The notes beneath the pieces are model-generated. The model was given only the letters and a program-made list of their open reading frames with translations, searched no databases and was not told the origin of the DNA. Shown here piece by piece: positions 18,573 to 28,362 of a stretch of DNA of 64,000 bases. The stretch covers positions 10,748 to 74,747 of the forward strand of contig JAPLXO010000011.1 of assembly GCA_026396065.1 (NCBI GenBank), in the 5' to 3' direction. This DNA is from Candidatus Nomurabacteria bacterium (GTDB lineage: Bacteria > Patescibacteriota > Minisyncoccia > Phycocordibacterales > UBA9973). Numbering within the stretch: the stretch's first letter is position 1; each line of letters begins with the position of its first letter. The position numbers and the translations under genes were made by a program.

Positions 18573-20315
18573 ATGGAAACACGAAACTGTCAAAATTGTA
18601 AAAAAGATTTCACTATAGAGGTGGAGGATTTTAATTTTTATCAAAAGATAAAAGTTCCAGCGCCGACTTTTTGCCCAGATTGTAGAACAATACGTAGACT
18701 ATGTTGGAGAAATGAAATGTCTCTTTTTAAGAGAAAATGTGATGCTCCTGGACATGAAGAAATGCTCATTACATGTTTTCCTCCAGAAGAAAAACTCACT
18801 GTATATGATTCTACATCTTGGTGGGGTGATTCTTGGGATGCAATACAATATGGAAAAGAATATGATTTTTCCAAATCATTCTTTGAACAGTGGAGAGATT
18901 TAAGAAATAGTATTCCACTTCAGGCACTTTCAAACATAAAAGCGACTAACAGTGATTATTGTAATGTGGCAGAGGGCAGTAAAGATAGCTATATGTGTTC
19001 GGGTACTTGGAAAATAGAAAGAACTCTTTACTCTAATAGAGTTTCAGAAACAAAAGATTCCTCCGACTTGTATATAGTGTATCGTTCTGAGCTTTGTTAT
19101 GAAGATGTAATATGTTCTGATTGTTACCATTTAATGTACTCTTTAGATTGTAAAAGTTGTGTTGACTCATTTTTTCTCTATGATTGTGTGGGTTGCACAG
19201 ACTGTTTTGGTTGTAGTAATTTACGCAATAAATCATATTGCATGTGGAACGAGCAATTGTCTAGAGAAGAATATTTTCGTCATTTAGCAGAATATAATTT
19301 AAAAAATCATGAGACTATATCGATTTTAAAAAATAAATTTAAAGAAATTTGTTTGCAATCTTTACATCGTTTTTCACTTCAAATAAAATCAGTAAATTCT
19401 ACTGGTGACAATTTAGAAGGTACAAAAAATTGCAAAGTGTGTTTTGATGTTTCTGGAAAAATGGAAGATTTGAAATATGTGCATTGGACAGCTATTAGTG
19501 CAAAAGACGCTTATGATTCTGGCCCTGGTATTGGACAAGTTGAACTTGCATATGAATCCTTTGACACTGGAATAGGTAATTTCCGTAGTCTTTTTACGAG
19601 TGTTGTATATAGTTGTAACGATGTTGAATATTCATTTAATTGTCATGGTTCTTCGAATTTATTTGGTTGTATTGGAATTAGAAATAAAAAATACTGTATT
19701 TTAAATAAAGAATATACAAAAGGGGAATATGAAATATTATTGCCAAAAATTAAAGAGCAAATGATGCAAGTTCCATATATAGATAAAAAAGGAATTAATT
19801 ATAGATACGGTGAATTTTTTCCAGCAGAACTTTCTACTTTTTGTTATAACGAAACACAAGCACAAGATTATTTTCCAATAGATAAGGAATATGCATCTAA
19901 AATGGGATATCGTTGGCGTGATAAAAAGATAAGTGAATATCACATCACTATTGAATCAAAAGATCTTCCAGATTCTCTTGATGACGTTACAGATTCAATC
20001 ACTAATGAAATTATTGGATGTGAAAATAAAGATAAGATGAGTAATTATTGTAGAGGAGCATATAAAATAACTATCGATGAGCTGAATTTATATCGCAAGC
20101 TTGGAGTACCATTACCAAGACTTTGTTTTCTTTGTCGGCATGAAACTAGATTAAAAATGCGTAATCCAATGAAGCTTTGGAATAGACAGTGTATGTGTGA
20201 AAAAGAAAATCATCAACATAGTGGTAAATGTGAAATTACATTTGAAACATCATACGATCCTAATAGACCAGAAATAGTATATTGTGAAAAATGCTATCAA
20301 GCCGAGGTTTATTAG
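18573..20315 (+). CDS. Cys-rich zinc-ribbon repeat protein, paralog 5
   Basis: METRNCQNC..., ends YCEKCYQAEVY. Confidence 0.9.
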   Translation: METRNCQNCKKDFTIEVEDFNFYQKIKVPAPTFCPDCRTIRRLCWRNEMSLFKRKCDAPGHEEMLITCFPPEEKLTVYDSTSWWGDSWDAIQYGKEYDFSKSFFEQWRDLRNSIPLQALSNIKATNSDYCNVAEGSKDSYMCSGTWKIERTLYSNRVSETKDSSDLYIVYRSELCYEDVICSDCYHLMYSLDCKSCVDSFFLYDCVGCTDCFGCSNLRNKSYCMWNEQLSREEYFRHLAEYNLKNHETISILKNKFKEICLQSLHRFSLQIKSVNSTGDNLEGTKNCKVCFDVSGKMEDLKYVHWTAISAKDAYDSGPGIGQVELAYESFDTGIGNFRSLFTSVVYSCNDVEYSFNCHGSSNLFGCIGIRNKKYCILNKEYTKGEYEILLPKIKEQMMQVPYIDKKGINYRYGEFFPAELSTFCYNETQAQDYFPIDKEYASKMGYRWRDKKISEYHITIESKDLPDSLDDVTDSITNEIIGCENKDKMSNYCRGAYKITIDELNLYRKLGVPLPRLCFLCRHETRLKMRNPMKLWNRQCMCEKENHQHSGKCEITFETSYDPNRPEIVYCEKCYQAEVY

Positions 20316-20350
20316 AATGAAGTCCATGATAAGGGGTTTGGGTTGTATTT

Positions 20351-20424
20351 CTCCCTCTCCTTGATAAGGAGAGGCCGTCTACAGGTGTCCATCAACTACC
20401 GGTGGACTTTGGGTGAGGTGAATT
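20351..20424 (+). repeat. REP-like element with nested hairpin insertion
   Basis: ctccctctccttgataaggagagg [~33 nt insert] tttgggtgaggtgaatt; uninterrupted copy at 23776. Confidence 0.7.
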
Positions 20425-20447
20425 ATATGCTAAAATAATAATACATT

Positions 20448-21920
20448 ATGGGAAAGCCGAATCGAGTTCAGATAATCAAATATGGTCCACCACCACCAGA
20501 GCTTCCGGTGTTTGGAAAGGTGCCTCCTGAAGAGGTTTCTTTTATTGGACGTACGAATTACGTCGCAGCACTTGAAGAAAAGAAATTTATTTTCGGAATT
20601 AAGCGCGTTGACCGCCGAAGACATTTATATATCATTGGAAAGTCTGGGGTTGGAAAAACAAAGCTTCTAGAATTGATGCTTCGCCAAGATGTGACATATG
20701 GCCACGGTCTTTGTCTTATCGATCCACACGGTGACGTTATCGATGCAATGCTCGATTATATTCCAAAAGAGCGTGTTGAAGACGTTTGTATTATTGACCC
20801 TGCTGATATTGATTTCCCAGCATCTTTCAATCCTTTGGCAAATGTCGACCCAATGTTCAAATTTCAATTGACTCAAGGGTTAATCGAAGTTTTCCAAAAA
20901 CAATTCGGTGCAAACTGGACACCACGTCTCGAGCACGTTTTTCGTTTTACTTGTCTCGCATTACTCGATTATCCGTATGCTACGATGCGCGGAATGATCT
21001 CGATGTTGACAGATAGAAATTATCGTCAGAAAGTCGTGGAATATATTACAGACGACATGGTGAAAAGATTCTTCGCTATCGAATTCGCGGACTGGTCTGA
21101 AAAATTCGATACTGACGCTATTATTCCACTTGTTAATAAACTAGGTCAATTTCTTTCTGATCCCTTGCTTCGTAATATTTTCGGACAGAAGCAAAATAAA
21201 ATAGATATTAGTAAATTGATGAATGAACAAAAAATAATTTTTATTAATTTGTCTAAAGGGCGCCTCGGTGAAGAAAATTCGTCTTTCCTTGGTTCGATGT
21301 TTTTGACTAAAATTAAACAGGCCGGAATGGAGCGCGCTAGTATTGCCGAACGTGACCGTAAAGATTTTTATATTTATGTGGACGAGTTCCAAAACGTAGT
21401 GACACAAACTTTCGAAAACATTTTGTCGGAAGCTCGAAAATACGGTTTGAACCTTACTATGGCTCATCAGTATGTCGGTCAAATTATTCCAAAAGTTCAC
21501 CAAGCTGTACTTGGTAATACAGGTAGTGTCATTTGTTTTCGTGTAGGTGGAGAAGATGCTGTAAAATTGAAACCCGAATTTGAGCCATTATTCGGAGTGA
21601 AAGACATGATCAACCTCGCCGTAGCAGAATTTTATATCAAAATGACGATTGATGGAGAGTCTTACGATCCATTTTCTGCAGAGACACTTCGTGTATTACC
21701 TCCAAATCATCCTTCATATCGACAAGAAATTATAAATGCATCACGTAGAAAATATTCAATTCCAAAAGACGATGCGCAAAAATTGATTCAAGAGGAAGAA
21801 GCTACAATTATTCGAAGTGCAGAAGAAAAAGCTATTATTTCAGGAAAAGGCAAAAATGAAGTTGACGAAAATGAAAAGTCTGCAAAACCAGTCGCTAAAG
21901 AAGCTGAACCTATGATATAA
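20448..21920 (+). CDS. Second VirD4/TraG/HerA-like P-loop ATPase
   Basis: GKSGVGKT, DPHGD, IYVDEFQN, LSEARKYG, AHQY; paralog of 8702-10978 without the tail. Confidence 0.88.
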   Translation: MGKPNRVQIIKYGPPPPELPVFGKVPPEEVSFIGRTNYVAALEEKKFIFGIKRVDRRRHLYIIGKSGVGKTKLLELMLRQDVTYGHGLCLIDPHGDVIDAMLDYIPKERVEDVCIIDPADIDFPASFNPLANVDPMFKFQLTQGLIEVFQKQFGANWTPRLEHVFRFTCLALLDYPYATMRGMISMLTDRNYRQKVVEYITDDMVKRFFAIEFADWSEKFDTDAIIPLVNKLGQFLSDPLLRNIFGQKQNKIDISKLMNEQKIIFINLSKGRLGEENSSFLGSMFLTKIKQAGMERASIAERDRKDFYIYVDEFQNVVTQTFENILSEARKYGLNLTMAHQYVGQIIPKVHQAVLGNTGSVICFRVGGEDAVKLKPEFEPLFGVKDMINLAVAEFYIKMTIDGESYDPFSAETLRVLPPNHPSYRQEIINASRRKYSIPKDDAQKLIQEEEATIIRSAEEKAIISGKGKNEVDENEKSAKPVAKEAEPMI

Positions 21921-22000
21921 ATTAAACAACATACTGACAAACTCCAGTATGTAAGGATGTTAAATTTATGAATTCTGAAACAAAAAATTGCCAAAATTGT

Positions 22001-22053
22001 CCCGATTTTTAAAAAATCGAGGATCCACGATTCTAATGAATTATAATCGGGAT
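22001..22053. repeat. Second copy of 53-nt palindromic insertion element
   Basis: One substitution relative to 14916-14968. Confidence 0.7.
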
Positions 22054-22062
22054 AAAAAAGAT

Positions 22063-23775
22063 ATGGAACATCAATCAGAAAGTAAAATATGTCAGAATTG
22101 TAAGACTTCGTTTATTATAGAACAAGAAGATTTTAATTTTTATGAAAAGATGAAAGTTCCTGCACCGACATGGTGTCCTGAATGTCGAATGGCACGTAGA
22201 TTCCTATTTATGAATACTTGGAATCTATATAGGCGAAATTGTGAAAAATGTGGGGAAAGTACACTTTCAATGTTTTCAGAAGATAAACCACATAAGGTTT
22301 TTTGTTTACCTTGTTGGTGGTCGGATGATTGGGATGGTACTGAGTATGCTATCAATTACGACCCCTCTCGTTCTTTTTTAGAACAGATGAAAGAGCTGGA
22401 ACTCAGAACACCTTGGATGGCTAATACTATGATGTATACAATGAATGTAAATAGCCCGTATTGTAATGCTACTGGTCCAGTAAAGAATTGCTACATGCTT
22501 TTTTGGGCAGATTATTGTGAAAATTCTTTTTACTCATCTTATTTGAATACTTTAAAAGATTCTATAGATTGTTATCGGGTAGCTCATAGTGAATTGTGCT
22601 ATGAAGGCACTGGTTTGAATAAATGTTACAGAACTTTCTTTTCGGAAGAGTGTGATTCTTGTACCGATACGTGGTTTTCAAGAGCTTGTTCTGGTTTAGT
22701 AAATTGTTTTGGTTGTATAAATTTAAGAAATAAAAATTATTGTATATTCAATGAACAATATTCTCAGGAAGATTATTTTAAAAAAGTAAAAGAATTTGAT
22801 CTAATATCTCATACGTCATTAGAAAAAATAAAAAAAGATGTTTTAGTGTTTTGGAGTAAATATCCAAGGCGATTTTATAACGGTAATGCGTTAAACAAAA
22901 ACGTTAGTGGTGATTATATTTATGAATCTAAAAATGCACAGAATTGTTTTATGGTTTCTGGGGCTGAAGATTGTAAATTTACTCAATTTGTAAGTATTCC
23001 AAAAGCCAAAGATTGTTATGATAATACTGGTTGGGGAGATGGTTCAGAAAGAATTTATGAGTCTACTGTTGTCGGCCTCGGAGCAAGTAATGTAAAATTT
23101 TCTAATGAATGCTGGCCTAATGCAATGAATACAGAATACTCTATCTATGCTATAGGTGGATGTAAGGATATTTTTGGATGTGTCAATTTAAAGAAAAAAC
23201 AATATTGTATTTTAAATAAACAGTATTCAAAGGAAGAATATGAAAAGTTAAAAGAAAAAATTATTAAAGATATGAATATAAATACTTTTATAGACTCAAA
23301 AAATAGAGTTTATAAATATGGTGATTCATTACCTATTGAATTGTCGCCATTTTCTTACAATGAATCAAATGCTGGTAAGTTTTTACCAATTACAAAAGAA
23401 AAAGCTTTAGAGCAAGGTTTCACTTGGTCAGAAGGAAAGGTGAATGAATATAAGATTACAGCCAAGGCGTCTGATTTACCAGATACAATCTCATATACTA
23501 CAGATGAGATACTAAACGACGTGTTTGAATGTGCTTCTTGTCAAAGAGCTTATAAATTTACTCTAGGTGAATTGAATTTAATGAGAAGACTTTCTTTACC
23601 ATTACCACATAAATGTTTTCATTGTCGTCAAGAATTTCGTTTTTCTAGATCTAATCAGGCTAGATTATACGATAGAAATTACATGAAATGCGGAGTAGAT
23701 TTAAAAACTTCTTATAATCCAGATAACACAGAAATAGTTTATTGTGAAAAATGCTATCAGCAGGAAGTATATTAG
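22063..23775 (+). CDS. Cys-rich zinc-ribbon repeat protein, paralog 6
   Basis: MEHQSESKICQNC...; CEKC-x17-CLPC; ends YCEKCYQQEVY. Confidence 0.88.
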   Translation: MEHQSESKICQNCKTSFIIEQEDFNFYEKMKVPAPTWCPECRMARRFLFMNTWNLYRRNCEKCGESTLSMFSEDKPHKVFCLPCWWSDDWDGTEYAINYDPSRSFLEQMKELELRTPWMANTMMYTMNVNSPYCNATGPVKNCYMLFWADYCENSFYSSYLNTLKDSIDCYRVAHSELCYEGTGLNKCYRTFFSEECDSCTDTWFSRACSGLVNCFGCINLRNKNYCIFNEQYSQEDYFKKVKEFDLISHTSLEKIKKDVLVFWSKYPRRFYNGNALNKNVSGDYIYESKNAQNCFMVSGAEDCKFTQFVSIPKAKDCYDNTGWGDGSERIYESTVVGLGASNVKFSNECWPNAMNTEYSIYAIGGCKDIFGCVNLKKKQYCILNKQYSKEEYEKLKEKIIKDMNINTFIDSKNRVYKYGDSLPIELSPFSYNESNAGKFLPITKEKALEQGFTWSEGKVNEYKITAKASDLPDTISYTTDEILNDVFECASCQRAYKFTLGELNLMRRLSLPLPHKCFHCRQEFRFSRSNQARLYDRNYMKCGVDLKTSYNPDNTEIVYCEKCYQQEVY

Positions 23776-23817
23776 CTCCCTCTCCTTAATAAGGAGAGGG
23801 TTGGGGTGAGGTGAATT
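23776..23817 (+). repeat. REP-like element
   Basis: ctccctctcctt-aat-aaggagaggg-ttggggtgaggtgaatt immediately after stop of paralog 6. Confidence 0.75.
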
Positions 23818-23855
23818 TTTGATTTTTAGATGATTTTTTGCTAATATAACACTCT

Positions 23856-24509
23856 ATGAGTAAAGATTACTATGAAGTTTTGGGAGTTAATAAAAGTGCT
23901 ACAAAAGACGAATTGAAAACGGCTTTTCGTAAGCTTGCGCACAAACATCATCCAGACAAGAATAAAGGGGATGATAAAAAATTTAAAGAAATAAATGAAG
24001 CGTATCAAACACTTTCAGATGACACAAAGCGTGCACAATACGATAGATTTGGTGCAGGTTATCAAAATATGGGTGGCGGACATCAACATGGTGGATTTTC
24101 TGGTGGAGGTTTTGAAGGATTTGACTTTTCTGGTTTTCAGCAAGGTGGACAAGAATTTGATTTTGGAAACTTGAATGATATATTTTCAGATTTTTTTACA
24201 GGAGGCAGAGGTGGTTTTCACACCAGAACTCCTCGTGGCCGAGACATGCAAACAGAAATTGAAATTTCTTTTATAGATGCTATTTTAGGTGTTGAAAAAA
24301 ATATTGTTATTACTGGGCATAAAGAAATAAAAATAAGTATTCCGTCTGGTATACGTGATGGCCAAACTTTAAAAATGACAGGAATGGGTGAAGTTATAAA
24401 AGATGGAAAAGCAGGAGATTTATATATAAATGTTCATGTTAAAGTTCCACACAAGATATCTAAAAAAGCTCGCGAACTTCTTGAAGAATTAAAAAAAGAG
24501 GGAATTTAG
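23856..24509 (+). CDS. dnaJ: Short DnaJ-family co-chaperone (J domain, G/F region, reduced CTD, no zinc finger)
   Basis: [12 protein letters not shown] motif, [25 protein letters not shown]; no CxxCxGxG repeats. Confidence 0.88.
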   Translation: MSKDYYEVLGVNKSATKDELKTAFRKLAHKHHPDKNKGDDKKFKEINEAYQTLSDDTKRAQYDRFGAGYQNMGGGHQHGGFSGGGFEGFDFSGFQQGGQEFDFGNLNDIFSDFFTGGRGGFHTRTPRGRDMQTEIEISFIDAILGVEKNIVITGHKEIKISIPSGIRDGQTLKMTGMGEVIKDGKAGDLYINVHVKVPHKISKKARELLEELKKEGI

Positions 24510-24544
24510 TGTATTTCTTTTTAGACTAGTGTTATAATAAAGGT

Positions 24545-25387
24545 ATGAAAAAGAGTAAAATAATTTTTGTATTTTTATTTATAATTTTATCTTTTGGAAT
24601 TAAATTAAATATTATTTATGGTGCTACAAATGCTGGTTTTGTTCAGGCAAATATTTGGTATTCCAAAGATCCATTTGAGGAAGGTGATCAGATAAGAATT
24701 CATACATTTGTTTTCAATCCAGACACAAGAGAACTTTCTGGAGTTATAGAATTTCTAGATAATGAAACTATTTTAGGTAAAAAAAGTTTTAAAGCACCTA
24801 CTAGTGGTATTGCTGAAGTTTCTATTCCTTGGACTGTTACAGCTGGAGATCATTTAATTTATGCAAAAATTGAAAGTGCTAAATTTACAATATCTACAGG
24901 TAAATATCAAGATGTTTTGTTGTCTGAAAATGAAACAGAAAAAAGTAAACGTTTTGTAGCTAAAAAAATTGTATTAAATACAAATATAGATTCTCAAAAT
25001 AACAAAACAGTAGCAACAAATACTGATACTAATATTGCTCTTACATCTAAAATAGATGATATTACAAATTCAATTACAGATAAAACTCCTACATCTATAA
25101 CCAAGCCAATATTATCTGTTACAAATGGGATTGAAGGTGTTCGAATAAAGACAGGAGACAGCTTGTCTAATATAGAAGATTCAGCTAAACAAGAATTACA
25201 AAAAGTGAATAAAGATATAATAAACAAGGGTGCAACGACAGATAAAATAAAAAAACCATTTATTTACGTAAAACTTTTTCTTAGTACCTTATTCTCAGCT
25301 ATTTTTAACAGCATGATACTATTTTATAGTCTTTTGTTTGTTATTATTTTCTTTTTTTCTAGATTTCTTTGGAGAAAATTCTTTTAA
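24545..25387 (+). CDS. Membrane-anchored extracellular hypothetical protein (possible Ig/CARDB-like domain)
   Basis: N-terminal signal/TM, beta-rich domain (W..TAGDH.I.A), C-terminal TM. Confidence 0.65.
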   Translation: MKKSKIIFVFLFIILSFGIKLNIIYGATNAGFVQANIWYSKDPFEEGDQIRIHTFVFNPDTRELSGVIEFLDNETILGKKSFKAPTSGIAEVSIPWTVTAGDHLIYAKIESAKFTISTGKYQDVLLSENETEKSKRFVAKKIVLNTNIDSQNNKTVATNTDTNIALTSKIDDITNSITDKTPTSITKPILSVTNGIEGVRIKTGDSLSNIEDSAKQELQKVNKDIINKGATTDKIKKPFIYVKLFLSTLFSAIFNSMILFYSLLFVIIFFFSRFLWRKFF

Positions 25388-25424
25388 AGAAGATTGTTTT
25401 TTTACTGTAAAAGTGTAATATAAG

Positions 25425-25694
25425 ATGATGCAGTTTAGAATTTTAGCTTATTTTATATTGTTATTAGCTCTTCTTTTTACTCCTTTTTGGGTATTTTTGT
25501 TATTGTTAATAATTAGTATGGCAACATTTAATTTATTTTTTGAGGCTATTTTATTCTCGCTTTTATCTGATTTATTTTATAGTGCAAAAGAAATTAGGTT
25601 TTCAGAGCACTTATTTATATTTTTTTGTGCATCAATTATAGCTTTATTACTTATTGAATTTTTAAAAAAGAAGTTAAAGTTTTATCCTAAATAA
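25425..25694 (+). CDS. Small hydrophobic membrane protein (position of mreD)
   Basis: 89 aa almost entirely hydrophobic; abuts PBP2 start. Confidence 0.6.
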   Translation: MMQFRILAYFILLLALLFTPFWVFLLLLIISMATFNLFFEAILFSLLSDLFYSAKEIRFSEHLFIFFCASIIALLLIEFLKKKLKFYPK

Positions 25695-27392
25695 ATGATA
25701 AGAAGATTTTTAAATAAAAGAAAAATAAAAAATACTGATTTTTTCACTAGCCCTGATGAAATTTTTCTGGATTCAGAAAATATTGGAAACTTTGATGTCC
25801 AACAGTTTGAAGGAAGAATTGAAAAACCAGTGAGTAAAAAATCTATATATTTTTTAGTAATAGCCTTTTTATTTTGTGCTGTAATATTTTTAGGTAGATT
25901 AAGCTATCTTCAAATTAAAAAAGGCTATATTTATTTAAAAAGAAGTGAGAATAATTCTTTAAATAGAAGTATTCTTTTTGCTGATCGTGGAATTATTTAT
26001 GATCGAAATAAGATTCAATTGGCATGGAATACAAAAAATGGCGATGGAGATTTTGCTACTCGTTCATATTCTCCTGTAGGTTTTTCTCATATTTTAGGAT
26101 ATGTTAGCTATCCTGCGGTAGACAAATCAGGGCATTATTGGCAAGATAAATTTATTGGAAAAGATGGAATTGAAAAAGAATACGATGAAGCCCTTCAGGG
26201 CCAAAATGGTGTTAAAATTACTGAAACTGATGCACAAAAACATATTTATTCAGAAAATGTTGTAAATGCACCACAGAGAGGTTCCGATTTATTTTTAACT
26301 ATTGATTCTCGTATTCAATTAGAACTTTTTAATTTAATTAAAAGTTTGTCAGCTAGTGTGTCGTTCAAAGGTGGAGCAGGAATATTAATGGATGTAACAA
26401 GTGGAGAAATAATCGCAAGTGTTTCATATCCAGAATATAGTTCTGAAATTTTATCACAAGGAAAAGATAGAGAAAGTATAAAAAGTTATTTAACAGATAA
26501 AAGAAATGTTTTTATGGATAGGACACTTTCTGGTCTGTATACACCAGGATCAATTGTAAAACCATTTGTATCAATTGCAGCATTAACTGAACAAGTAATT
26601 GATCCATATAAAAAAATTCTTTCTACTGGTTCTATTTCAATCACGAATCCATATGATAAGACAAAAGAGACAGTGTTTAAAGACTGGAAAGCTCATGGCT
26701 GGGTAGATATGAGGCAAGCTATTGCAGTATCTTCCGACGTTTATTTTTATGAAGTTGGCGGAGGATTTCATGATCAAAAAGGTTTAGGGATAGCTAATAT
26801 CGAAAAATATTCAAAACTTTTTGGTATTGGTGAAAAAACAGGTGTAGACATGCCAGATGAAGTAGCAGGATTAATTCCTAGTCCTGAATGGAAGATAAAA
26901 ACTTTTCCAAAAGACCCAATATGGAGAATTGGAGACACATATCACACAGCTATTGGACAATATGGATATCAAGTTACTCCAATCCAGATGGCTCGAGCAG
27001 ATTCAGCTATTGCAAATAAAGGCACACTTATTACTCCACATTTTATTTTAGGTGATAAAGAAAAAGAATTACAAACATCTCAAATTAATTTAAGTAAAGA
27101 TTATTTTAATACTGTTCATGAAGGAATGCGACAAGGTGTTTTATCTGGAACATCTATATCCTTAAACGTACCTTATGTACAAGTAGCATCTAAGACTGGT
27201 ACTGCTCAGCTTGGTGTAGCTAAAAACAAAGTTAACTCTTGGGTTATGGGATTTTTCCCTTATAAAAATCCAAAATATGCGTTTACTATACTAATGGAAG
27301 CTGGTCCTTCTACAAATGGAGTGGGAGGTGCATTTATCATGCGTGGGCTTTTAGATTGGATGAGCGTGAATACTCCTGAATATTTTAATTAA
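25695..27392 (+). CDS. mrdA: Class B penicillin-binding protein (PBP2-like transpeptidase)
   Basis: RGIIYDRN, GKDGIEKEYD, SxxK (GSIVK), SSD, KTGTAQ. Confidence 0.88.
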   Translation: MIRRFLNKRKIKNTDFFTSPDEIFLDSENIGNFDVQQFEGRIEKPVSKKSIYFLVIAFLFCAVIFLGRLSYLQIKKGYIYLKRSENNSLNRSILFADRGIIYDRNKIQLAWNTKNGDGDFATRSYSPVGFSHILGYVSYPAVDKSGHYWQDKFIGKDGIEKEYDEALQGQNGVKITETDAQKHIYSENVVNAPQRGSDLFLTIDSRIQLELFNLIKSLSASVSFKGGAGILMDVTSGEIIASVSYPEYSSEILSQGKDRESIKSYLTDKRNVFMDRTLSGLYTPGSIVKPFVSIAALTEQVIDPYKKILSTGSISITNPYDKTKETVFKDWKAHGWVDMRQAIAVSSDVYFYEVGGGFHDQKGLGIANIEKYSKLFGIGEKTGVDMPDEVAGLIPSPEWKIKTFPKDPIWRIGDTYHTAIGQYGYQVTPIQMARADSAIANKGTLITPHFILGDKEKELQTSQINLSKDYFNTVHEGMRQGVLSGTSISLNVPYVQVASKTGTAQLGVAKNKVNSWVMGFFPYKNPKYAFTILMEAGPSTNGVGGAFIMRGLLDWMSVNTPEYFN

Positions 27393-27393
27393 T

Positions 27394-28266
27394 CTATTTT
27401 ACGAATTTATTTGTGAGCATTGTGTAGCATAGCTGCGCTGCGCCGTATTCTGTGAGGACTGTTTCTTTTTGTGGAGAAACTTCTACTATATCAGCACCGA
27501 CGAGAGTTTTTTTGTTGATTAATTTTTCAATTAAATCTATTCCATACCACCATTCGAGTCCACCTTGGACTGCTGTGCCTGTGCCAGGCATATGCGCGGG
27601 GTCGAAACCGTCGACATCGATAGTGATGTAAACATATTTTGTCTTAAAAGCTTTTAGGATTGTTTCTATTGTTGGAATTTTTCCACGGCCCCATTCAAAA
27701 GTGGTGACATTATTTTTTTTGTTTGAAAAAAATTTATATTCATCTGTAGAATAAGTGCGAATTCCTACTTGAACTAGAGGGAAACCTAGCTCACTAGCAC
27801 GGCGCATGACACAAGAGTGCGCATAATTGGTAGGATCATCACTATAATCACTATCATCATTTCGTAAATCACAATGTGCATCTATTTGTAAAATAGTCAC
27901 ATCTTTTGGATTATATTTTTTTGCTAATGCTTTGAATGCTCCTAGAGATACTGAATGCTCTCCACCTAAAAGAAAAACGAATTTATCTTTCAAAGATTCA
28001 CATTTATCTGAAATTTTTGTTAAAACTTTTTCTGGAGATAGAGCTGCCACATTGCCCAAATCTTGATAAGCGATTTTCATAAAATCAGTCGCTTCTTTCT
28101 TTAATTTACGATCAAAGAATTCTATTTGTTTTGATAATTGACCTACTACAGCTTTTGGCCCAGCTAGGGTGCCTTTGTGTGAAGAAGCTGTCTTTTCATA
28201 ACCTACTGATAAAATCACTGCGTCTGCATTGTTAATATTTTTTTCGTTTATTATTGAATTTGCCAT
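27394..28266 (-). CDS. speB: Agmatinase (ureohydrolase family)
   Basis: GGEHS, DAHCD, TIDVDGFDP..MPGTGT...GG motifs. Confidence 0.88.
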   Translation of the reverse strand: MANSIINEKNINNADAVILSVGYEKTASSHKGTLAGPKAVVGQLSKQIEFFDRKLKKEATDFMKIAYQDLGNVAALSPEKVLTKISDKCESLKDKFVFLLGGEHSVSLGAFKALAKKYNPKDVTILQIDAHCDLRNDDSDYSDDPTNYAHSCVMRRASELGFPLVQVGIRTYSTDEYKFFSNKKNNVTTFEWGRGKIPTIETILKAFKTKYVYITIDVDGFDPAHMPGTGTAVQGGLEWWYGIDLIEKLINKKTLVGADIVEVSPQKETVLTEYGAAQLCYTMLTNKFVK

Positions 28267-28286
28267 AGATACATCTTACAAGAATC

Positions 28287-28316
28287 GCCCCGCTTTTGCA
28301 AAAGCAAAAGCGGGGC
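28287..28316. repeat. GC-rich intergenic hairpin
   Basis: gccccgcttttgc-aaaa-gcaaaagcggggc between divergent speB and Rhs promoters. Confidence 0.65.
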
Positions 28317-28328
28317 AGATATAGGTGC

Positions 28329-28356
28329 TTGACACCTTTTTCCAAAGTGCTAGACT
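28329..28356 (+). promoter_or_regulatory. Sigma70-type promoter of Rhs gene
   Basis: TTGACA-16 nt-TAGACT with TG extension, 6 nt before ATG. Confidence 0.65.
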
Positions 28357-28362
28357 TTTTGT

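Noticed and set aside
11381-20315. Multiheme cytochromes or ferredoxins
   Set aside because: CxxCH occurs only sporadically, no signal peptides, and no canonical CxxCxxCxxxCP series; Fe-S binding cannot be excluded without experiment
8702-21920. Conjugative element (ICE)
   Set aside because: No relaxase, VirB4/mating-pair genes, integrase or att repeats seen; ATPases lack N-terminal TM anchors
11381-23775. Diversity-generating retroelement or integron as source of paralog variation
   Set aside because: No reverse transcriptase, no TR/VR pair with adenine-specific differences, no IntI or attC-like sites
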